64,000 bases of DNA from an uncultured Alphaproteobacteria bacterium (GTDB lineage Bacteria > Pseudomonadota > Alphaproteobacteria > UBA7985 > CAJQQZ01): assembly GCA_905480575.1 (NCBI GenBank), contig CAJQQZ010000030.1, positions 3,521 to 67,520 of the forward strand, read 5' to 3'. Both the position numbers and the translations under genes were made by a program. The notes below the pieces were generated by a model. The model worked only from the letters and a program-made list of their open reading frames with translations. It had not been told where the DNA came from and made no database searches. Positions 9,259 through 17,879 of this stretch are shown one piece after another. The first letter of the stretch is position 1. The number at the start of each line of letters is the position of its first letter.

Positions 9259-12200
9259 TTACGGAGTTCAGCGTTAATCGCCTCTCCCAGGGCTTTATGA
9301 AAAATCCCTGTCATCGGCACAGGTGATGGCAAGGCATTTCTCACAACGTCAATTGCGTTTTGGGTGATCTCTGCAGCTGCTCCCAAGGTTTCACTGGCAA
9401 AGCCTACACTCGGTCCAGCATGTTCGATAGCACCTTGTACAGCGTTGGAATTATAGGCTCCTGCCGCTGCTTCTCCGATATAACTGCCACCCGCTCCGGC
9501 TATTGTTGAACCAGCTTCCCAGCCTTTGCCACCAAGATAGGAGCGAACCGATCCGCCTGCTCCGCTGTTCCAAGCGTCATTTGCTGCCTGGCGGATGCCC
9601 GAACCAGAATTTCGACCGCCAGGCCGGACGAAGGCACCTCCGGCTTTGTTGATAAAGTCTGCCGTCCGATCACCAAACCAACCTTTCACATATTCCTCAC
9701 CTGCCGACACAAAGCCGCGCTGAAGTGCGCCTCCCACGCCACCTTCTGCATCACAGAGTTGCTCGGCTTTAGCGTAAGCCGCCGCCGTATCCTTCATCAA
9801 AAGAGAGTCTTCCGGGTTGCCTATAGCCTCCGCAACAAAACCCATCATCACTGTGGAATAGCACCAAGCTTTCATGTTCGCCCGTAGCAAAGCAATGAAG
9901 CCAGCGAGAAGATTAGCGTCCGGCACAATCCCGTAGCCGTTAACGATGGGCAATCCATAGTTAGCAATTCCAGCAAGGAGGTTGTCGAGGTTCCAGAATT
10001 CCCGCGCTATTTCTTCAACGTCTCCCTTAAGAGCTATGCCCGTCGACGTGTCATAGACACGGACATCACCTGTCTTCGGATCATAGAGCCAAGCGCTTTG
10101 GGAAGACGCATCAGACAAAAGCATCCTACTGTCTAGCATCGGATCAAAAACAGCACTTTCCAAATCATCAACTTTTTTGGGAGCCATCGATGAGGTTGTC
10201 TGCGGACTTTGACGCAATGAATGTTCGGCACTCGCAGACGTCAGGCCAGCAACAAAAGTTTCCATCTGGCCCCCTCCTCTCAACCAAGGGCCAGACCGTG
10301 GCATATCGAGCGTCATCCTTTGCGTGATTGTTTTTGAGGCTTCTTCAAACGGCCTAAATTGGCTTCGCTTAATCACTAGCTGAGGGAATGCAATCCTGCC
10401 ATAGGTTTCACCCAGCGATGTTACCGTCAAACGATTATGGCTGTTAGCTGACAACATATCTTCAAACGGCAGCCCTGGTAGGGAGTTATGGCCTATCTTA
10501 TCTGAAGCTGCCTCTTCATTACGATTGGCATCGTAGTAGTCTAACCACCGATCAAAATAGTGCGCTCCCACCAGTGAAGCGGAATAGACACCTGGCACAA
10601 AGTGCAGTTTGGTCGGACCTGCTAAGACCCATCTCGCTTCGTTTCCATCCAGTCGAACCAAGGTTCTTTCAATTGAGTTCCCTTCCGACAAATTGACTGT
10701 GAGTGCCAGGCGGGCCGGGTCAACAACTTGGTCAGATGGCACTGTAAACTCGCCTTGCGCTTTTGGATCAGAGCCGCGAACTGCAAGATTGAGAGAATGT
10801 CGATCACCGGCGCTTCCACCTTCCGAAACGAAAGATACCTCGAGTTTACCAGCTAAGCTTTGCCCTAGTTTGCGATAGGCTTGTTCGGCCTCCGAGAGAT
10901 TGCGAACACGGACAACGGAACCTGTTCCGGCATCAGCAATCTTTGCCGCTCCGGTGCTATCCTCGGGACCGACGATGATGAAGCTAACAGAGATTTGACC
11001 ATCGGCCACGCGACTAGCCAGCTTATCGATTTGAGATTTTACCTTCTTTGACTTTGGGTCAAGGCTTAGTTGACCGTCTGTAATCACCAAAATCCGAGCC
11101 TGATCATCTGACCCCAATTCGTATTCAGCAATATTGAGAGATCGCTCCACTGCATCCAAATAGGATTCAAATCCACCCAAGGGCTGTTGCCATAACTGGT
11201 CCAAGTTAGCGGCGCCTTTATCAAGAGGATCTAGCAAACGTTTCACCAAAACCTGATGGCCAAAAAGGACGACGGCCAAGGGCTGCCCCTCTGGCAATTA
11301 GTCTATCAACTTGTCACCCAGTGAAGATAGCAACTTATCTCCTTGAAAAGCGGCCATCGAACCCGAAGTGTCGGCAGACACGATTAAGGGGACCGGCGGC
11401 TCATAGCGAGATTCTACACGTACTACTCGTGGCTTACCTAGCTCTGTCAGATCCAAATGTTGCGGGAGAAGTGTCGCCGCTTGATCGGCCAAGAGGTCGA
11501 CCTTCAATGTCACGCGAGGGAAATCAGCGGTATCAACCGAGGAAATAGAGAGTCCCGATACTTTTGGTGGCTCTAGGTTTGCAAAGTCTTGTTCGGAAAT
11601 GTCAGAAACAGATTGAAAGGGCGGAACACGCCCATCGAGGCTAAACGGCTTACCTTCGACTACCTGCCCATCTGCCTGAAAGATAGGTTGCCAAAGGTTT
11701 ATGTCACTTGGGTTCAAGGGCCCCATCAAGCGTTTAGCCGTGTCTACAGCTGGCACAAAAAGGAGGTTGGCAGTGTCACCGTACGGGTCGCCTGACCATG
11801 ACAGCAAGGTCTTGCGACTGCCATTTCGCCCTTCCACAAAAAGCGAAATTGCCGACAAAGGTGCTCCTGCTGCAAAAGGTCGACTGAGCTCTGGTCGCTT
11901 CAATTCAGAACAATTTGGGTCAAAAGTGTTACCTGCTTCATCGACAAGCCAAACCCAGGTGTCTGTGTTCTGGGGGCTTGCGATTGCTTCATTCGACAGA
12001 ACATCTGTGCCCAAAATTGGGTCGAGAGCGGCCTTTTGAGCAGCCACTTCCTGCCTTATCTTTGACAGGGCTTTGGTTTGAAGCAACCATTGGCGCGCAT
12101 AGCCTTCGCCCAACGCCTCATCACCGATTCCGATACGTTCAATCAAACGATCAACACTCTGCGGCGCAGGTCGATAGCTATTGTCTTCAGGTGGTGTCGT

Positions 12201-12590
12201 CGGCCAAGTCAACCCGGCGACCGTTCTCGTTTTTAACCCTTTTTCCTTCAAAAGAGCCTGTAGAAGCAGGACCCTATCAACACCATTAGCCACCCGAGTT
12301 TTCAGCACAGTTTCTGGTTTTTGGAGATGCCCCTGATAGGATGTATAGGCGATATGATCGCTGATAAAGTCTACAAAAGCCTCAGGCTTATCAAGTACCG
12401 TAACGATTTCTGCTAGTTCAATCCCTGGGCCTAGGAGGTCAGACCGCGCCTTTTCGATCATCGGCTCCAACGGCTCTTCTGTGTCACAAGACTTAAGCAA
12501 CAGTAGAAGCAGGACAACAATCATCAATAGGGCAATACCACCGCCCAGGAGCGGTTTGGACAGGGATCTGTTTGTTCGGTTCTCGGCCAT
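9255..12590 (-). pseudogene. Large membrane-anchored protein (transglutaminase-like, VWA, Gly/Ala-rich C-terminus) interrupted by an in-frame TAA at 11298-11300
   Basis: ORFs 11298-12629 and 9255-11297 are in frame and abut: ...GAC AAG TTG ATA GAC TAA TTG CCA GAG GGG CAG. The VWA MIDAS DTSGS lies before the stop and ITDG after it. Likely start ATG 12590 with GGAG SD. Confidence 0.75.
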
Positions 12591-12600
12591 TATTCGCTCC

Positions 12601-13843
12601 CTATTCTTCTGGCTCTGGGACAGGCACACCCAAGCGTTTCAGTTTCTTGATCGAGAAGGGGTGCTTCTTCCTGGCAGCAGTCAAATAGAACTCGATGGCT
12701 TTGTCGCGGTTAGCATCAAAACCGTAGCCTTTTTCATGCATGAGCCCGAGCCAGTGGTATGAAATGACACGGCCCCCATCGGCTTGTTTCTGGAATTTCT
12801 CGGCGGCTTTCAAATAGAGGGTCTTGGCTCGCTCCGCATTTTTTGCCACTCCTGCTCCGATACGATATAGATCCGCCATTTTGAAAACGCCCCAAGCCGT
12901 ACCATGATAAGCGGCACGTCTGCACCAGTAGGCGCCGCCAACATAATCTTTAGAATAACCGTTCCATCCACCAACCAGAGCCTGTCCCAAATTTCCTTGA
13001 GAGGAAGCATTACCTTTTTCTGCCGCGAGTTTCTGGTAGCGATTACTTTTTTGGTCATTTACAGGAATGCCATAAACATCGCTCGCTAAGTACCATGCTA
13101 GGCTTGCTTGAGCGCTAACCGCTCCAGCCTCTGCTGCTCGTTCAAGCATTACCAAGCCTTGGGCACCATCCTGCTGTACGCCGTTCCCTTTGATCAAACG
13201 ACCGCCATAGTTTTCCAGCGCCCAGGGCTCGTCGGCTTCCGCCGCCTGTCTTATGAGATCGATTCCCTGAGGCTTGTCTTCGGTAACGCCCTCACCCTGT
13301 ACATAAGCATATCCCAGCGAGCTCAATCCCCAGGGATCGTTCCCACAGGCTGCTTTGTAGTACCAAGGAAAAGCGGCCTTCTCGCTCTTGAAACCCTGCA
13401 CCCCGACTAAACGCCCAACCAATGCGCTCCATTGCCGGCGCATAACCTCCTTCTGATGCAAGGGATAAGACGCTCAAGGCTTCGCTGTGATTTTCGGCGA
13501 GCTGTAGGCTAAAACCCAATTGAAAGGTTATGCGGTGATTTTCTGGTTCAAGACGATTTGCAGATTGGCAGGCCCTGACGGCTTTCATCACATCAATCTG
13601 ATCAAGATGAACGCCGGATGAGAAGACTAAATCAGGATTGGCAACTCTACCAGCTGCTTCATCACAAAGACGAAGCTCAGGCGCATCTGATTCTAACTGA
13701 GGATGCATAGAATAGTTGAAGTCATCACAATCCAAAGCCAGCGCGGTACTGCTCATCACCAACAGTGTTGAAAGGATCCAAACTGGGCTGAATTTCGATG
13801 TCTTGAAAGCCTTTCGGCTTCTGTTTATGTTAGTCTCATTCAT
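12601..13843 (-). pseudogene. Exported Sel1-repeat protein split by a frameshift at about 13387-13400
   Basis: Upstream frame: signal peptide (…MSSTALA), CDEAAG..NPD..GV..DQID..AVRAC motif, Sel1 start AMERIGWAFSRGAG. Downstream frame continues KSEKAAFPWYYKAA with further Sel1 repeats. Start ATG 13843 with GGAG SD. Confidence 0.78.
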
Positions 13844-13930
13844 CTGGCTCCGCCTCCAAAGAGTGACGCCCAGGAATTCTAATAGAGACTTTATGCCGAA
13901 ATTAAGGTCAAACAAGCAAAGCAGATCAAA

Positions 13931-15457
13931 TCAAAAATAATTCTGATCGGGCATCGAGGCTTTTCGGTTGACTATGTAAGCTTTCAACGCCTCGTCTATA
14001 CCGGGATCTAAGCCAGGATCCTCATAGTTTGCCAGCAAGCTCTTCCACTGTTCGTTTGCCCTCTGGGCCGTGTCTTTCTCACCCTCCGCCAGCCATTGCT
14101 CGAAGGAGTTGGAATCGGCAGAAGTCGGCATGTAAAAAGCGTCCTTGAAATTTTCCTGAGTATGAGCGGAACCCAGGAAATGAGATCCCGGTCCGACAGC
14201 TGCAATAGCATCCAGCGCCTGGGCATTATCGGACAAATCAATGCCTTCAAAGAAGCTTGCAACCTTGCCGCAGAGGTCAGCATCGATCATTGTCTTCTCG
14301 AACGAAGTCACCAAACCTCCCTCTAACCATCCCGTCGCGTGGTTGACGAGATTGGCACCAGCCAACATTGCCATCAACAAGCCCCAAGTGGCCTCTTGTT
14401 CAGACTGAGCGTCTGGTAATTTGGATGAAGACAAGGTTCCGACGGTATGCAACGGCACACCTAGTCGGCGTGCTAGCTGGCCAGACACCAACACCATCTT
14501 TGCAGCCTCTGGCGTACCAAAAGTTGGCGCACCGGACTGCATAGACATGGTGCTAGCGAACGAACCCATCAGGCACGGCGCGCCAGGCTTAATCAACTGC
14601 ACCAGAGCCAAGCAAGCCATCGCTTCAGCCAAAACCTGCGCTAAGGTACCTGCCACGGTGCAAGGGCTCATAGCGCCCGCCAAGGTCCAGGGCGTGCAAG
14701 CCACCGGTTGATTGTATTTTGCATAGGTTTTGAGCGCGCCAGACATATTACCGTCCATCACTAACGGGGCGTTGGTGTTGGAAACACAGTAGAGCACCGG
14801 GTTCTCCAACATGAATTCCTCACCAAAGATAATCTTTGCCATTTCAATAGCGTCCATAGCGCGCTCAGAGCCTATGAAAGCCCCCATGACCGGACGATCG
14901 GAGTAACGGATGTGGGTATAAAGCATATCGAGATGGCGTTTGTTCGCGGGTAAATCCACTGGCTCACACACCACACCACCAGAATGATGCAGATGAGGGA
15001 TCATGTGGTGAATTTTTACCAGCTTCTCAAAATCATCCAATGTTGCGTAGCGCCTGCCTTCGTCCAGGTTATGGATAAAGGGCGGACCCCAGGACGGGCA
15101 AAGAATTGTATTGTTGCCGCCGAATTCAACCGTGTTGGCCGGGTTACGCGCGTGTTGCTTGAAGGTTTTGGGCGCCGCCGCTTGAATGATCTGCCGGCAC
15201 ATCCCTGGTTCAAACCGAACCCGCACACCCTGAACGTCTGCGCCAACCTCTTTGAAGATCTCGAGCAAACTTGGGTCATCGTGAAACTCCATGCCGACTT
15301 CTTGCAGAATTTGATCGGCATTTCGTTCGATTAGACAAAGACCCTCTTCACCGAGGATGTCATAGGTCGCGAGCTTTCGATTGATGAAAGGTGCGCCCGA
15401 AATTCTTTTGATGAGAGTCCCCTCAGGTGGACGGTTTCGTCCGCTGCGCCTCGCCAT
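13931..15457 (-). CDS. Trimethylamine methyltransferase (MttB/MtgB) family protein, non-pyrrolysine
   Basis: QHARNPANTVEFGGN, SGGVVCEPVD, GAMSPCTVAGTLAQ, MQSGAPTFGTPE, HATGWLEGGL; no in-frame TAG. Confidence 0.92.
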   Translation of the reverse strand: MARRSGRNRPPEGTLIKRISGAPFINRKLATYDILGEEGLCLIERNADQILQEVGMEFHDDPSLLEIFKEVGADVQGVRVRFEPGMCRQIIQAAAPKTFKQHARNPANTVEFGGNNTILCPSWGPPFIHNLDEGRRYATLDDFEKLVKIHHMIPHLHHSGGVVCEPVDLPANKRHLDMLYTHIRYSDRPVMGAFIGSERAMDAIEMAKIIFGEEFMLENPVLYCVSNTNAPLVMDGNMSGALKTYAKYNQPVACTPWTLAGAMSPCTVAGTLAQVLAEAMACLALVQLIKPGAPCLMGSFASTMSMQSGAPTFGTPEAAKMVLVSGQLARRLGVPLHTVGTLSSSKLPDAQSEQEATWGLLMAMLAGANLVNHATGWLEGGLVTSFEKTMIDADLCGKVASFFEGIDLSDNAQALDAIAAVGPGSHFLGSAHTQENFKDAFYMPTSADSNSFEQWLAEGEKDTAQRANEQWKSLLANYEDPGLDPGIDEALKAYIVNRKASMPDQNYF

Positions 15458-15458
15458 G

Positions 15459-17876
15459 TTAACCCTGCCTCATGAGAATGTTCTCAGGATCATAAGGAGG
15501 GCGGTTCAAGATTTTAGCCTTCACTTTTTGATCCAAAATTTGAATATCAAACTCGCTTGCTGAAGCTTCAGGTTTCAACAGTGCAAGAGCCAAATGCTTT
15601 CCCACACGGTGGCCATAAGCAGCCGAGGTTACGACACCAACCGGCACGTAGTCCTGGAGAACCGAATGAGCGTAAAAAGCTTCGACTTTATGATTGGCTT
15701 CAAGCTCCAGCAAGACTGATCGCCATACTGTCGGTTTTTCGTCCCGCGCATTCATCGCCTCCTTGCCGACGAATTCTCTGCCTTCAGATTTCACCAATCC
15801 ACCAACTCCCGATTCCGCTGGTGTCCTTTCAGAAGTCAAATCAGCACCGACCGCTGGGTAGCCTTTTTCAAGACGCATCGCATTCATAGCGTAAGCACCA
15901 AAAAGGCTAATGCCGAACTCCTCACCCGCCGCCATCAAAGCCTCATAGAGAGGTTTGAGGTCTTCCAAGTGAGCATGAAGTTCCCAACCCATCTCTCCAA
16001 CATAGGAAACACGCAATGCACGAACCTCAATTCCAGCCACAGATACTTTCTTGGCAGATAACCAAGGAAACTCCAGAGCTTCATCAGTAAGCTTAGAGAG
16101 AACTGAACGCGCTGTCGGCCCCATTATCGCCAAGATGCCGAGTTCTTCGGTTCGATTCAAAATTTCTACTGAAGTGAAGTTTGCAGCATGCTTCCGCAGA
16201 ACGTCGCCATCAATACGCTCTGCCATCGCTGCACAAACCAGATAGTAACGTTCATCACTGATCTTGGTAACGGTAAATTCAGAGCAAACCCCACCGCTTG
16301 GGTAAAGCACATGGGTTAGACCAATACGACCCTCCTTTCGTGGTGGACGGTTAGAACCCAAGGTTTCGACAAAGACCGTTGCTTCAGCCCCCCTTACTTC
16401 AAACTTAGAGAAAGCAGAAAGATCAGCCAGGCCAACCTTTTCTTGCACGGCAAGACATTCCAGTTTGACCGCTTCGAACCAACCAGGGCGATTAAAGGTC
16501 AGTTCCGTTTCACTCCCTTGGTTGAAGTAATTCGGACGCTCCCATCCATAGGCGCATCCAAAGACAGCGCCTGCTGCTTTTTGATCCTCATAGATCGGGG
16601 TTAGACGTTGAAGGCGACCGGCTTCTCTTTCTTCAAAAGGATAGTGAACACCGAATTGTAATCCGAAGCATTCGATCGCCTTATCGAGGCGGTACTGCCG
16701 ATCAGCAAAAGGTCCAAACCGTCGTGAATCAACGGCCAGGGGATCCATTGGCGGCGCGCCATCAACCATCCAGTTGGCAAGGAAAGAACCAGCGCCACCA
16801 CCTTCCATAACGCCCATTGACGACCCAGTTAGCAGCCAAGCATTATCCAACCCTGTAGCTGGTCCAATCAAAGGGTTAGCATCAGGGGTAAAAGTAATCG
16901 GGCCGTTCACTACGGTCTTGATGCCAGCTGTTGCAAGTGAAGGGATACGCTCCATCGCCATCATCATGATATGTTCGATCGGCTCCAGATCAGGTGGCAA
17001 GAGCTCCATGCCAAATTCAGGTGGTACACCGTCGATTGACCAAGCTTTCGCCTTCTTCTCATAGGGCCCAATGATCATGCCGTTTCGTTCTTGCCTAACG
17101 TACCAGCTCTCTTCCGGATCACGGATGATCGCCAGCTCCGGTTCCCCAGCTTCGATACGTGCCTCAACATCGGGCACAGCATCCGTCACAACGTACTGAT
17201 GCAGCATTGGCACCACCGGCAGATCAAGCCCCATCATCGACCCAATCTCACGGCACCATGTGCCAGCAGCATTGACGATATGCTCAGCCACGATATCGCC
17301 CTTGATGGTCTTGACCAGCCACTCTCCATTCGCTGCTTTTTCGATGCCAAGCACTTCATTGTGTCGGTAGATCTCGGCTCCTCTGGATCGAGCACCGGCG
17401 GCCATGGCATTGGTCGCTAAAGTCGGATCGACGTGACCATCAAGCGGCTCATAGATGGCACCAAGAAGACCTTCTGTCTCAACAAGAGGATAGAGATCTT
17501 TCAACTCTGATGGTGACAGAAGATGGAAATCATAACCGACAAACCGACCAAGCCCCTGAACATGGCGAAACTCATCCATGCGGTCGGGGTTGCGGGCAAC
17601 CCGCAAAGCCCCCGATGGATGGAACCCGGTTTCTAGGCCCGTTTCCTTAGGCAAGATGTCCTTGTACAACCGAACCGAAGTGGCTCGCATTTCCATGATG
17701 GTCGCATTGTGTGCGAAGTGGGTGCAGAGCCCAGCGGCATGCCAGGTCGAACCCGCCGTCAGCTCATTCTTCTCAACCAACACGACATCAGACCAGCCAC
17801 GCTTCGTCAGATGGTAGAGGAGAGAGACACCCATAGCGCCACCGCCGATAATCACAACTCTTGCGTGGGTTTTCAT
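15459..17876 (-). CDS. GcvT-family FAD-dependent dehydrogenase (dimethylglycine/sarcosine dehydrogenase-like)
   Basis: GxGxxG (IIGGGAMG), LTAGSTWHAAG covalent-flavin His, NGPITFTPD, RVSYVGEMGWELH, MRLEKGY folate-binding domain. Confidence 0.92.
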   Translation of the reverse strand: MKTHARVVIIGGGAMGVSLLYHLTKRGWSDVVLVEKNELTAGSTWHAAGLCTHFAHNATIMEMRATSVRLYKDILPKETGLETGFHPSGALRVARNPDRMDEFRHVQGLGRFVGYDFHLLSPSELKDLYPLVETEGLLGAIYEPLDGHVDPTLATNAMAAGARSRGAEIYRHNEVLGIEKAANGEWLVKTIKGDIVAEHIVNAAGTWCREIGSMMGLDLPVVPMLHQYVVTDAVPDVEARIEAGEPELAIIRDPEESWYVRQERNGMIIGPYEKKAKAWSIDGVPPEFGMELLPPDLEPIEHIMMMAMERIPSLATAGIKTVVNGPITFTPDANPLIGPATGLDNAWLLTGSSMGVMEGGGAGSFLANWMVDGAPPMDPLAVDSRRFGPFADRQYRLDKAIECFGLQFGVHYPFEEREAGRLQRLTPIYEDQKAAGAVFGCAYGWERPNYFNQGSETELTFNRPGWFEAVKLECLAVQEKVGLADLSAFSKFEVRGAEATVFVETLGSNRPPRKEGRIGLTHVLYPSGGVCSEFTVTKISDERYYLVCAAMAERIDGDVLRKHAANFTSVEILNRTEELGILAIMGPTARSVLSKLTDEALEFPWLSAKKVSVAGIEVRALRVSYVGEMGWELHAHLEDLKPLYEALMAAGEEFGISLFGAYAMNAMRLEKGYPAVGADLTSERTPAESGVGGLVKSEGREFVGKEAMNARDEKPTVWRSVLLELEANHKVEAFYAHSVLQDYVPVGVVTSAAYGHRVGKHLALALLKPEASASEFDIQILDQKVKAKILNRPPYDPENILMRQG

Positions 17877-17879
17877 TGG

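Noticed and set aside
11298-11300. Selenocysteine or pyrrolysine recoding of the internal stop
   Set aside because: The codon is TAA; Sec uses TGA and Pyl uses TAG.
13931-15457. Pyrrolysine-containing MttB
   Set aside because: The ORF is continuous with no in-frame TAG.
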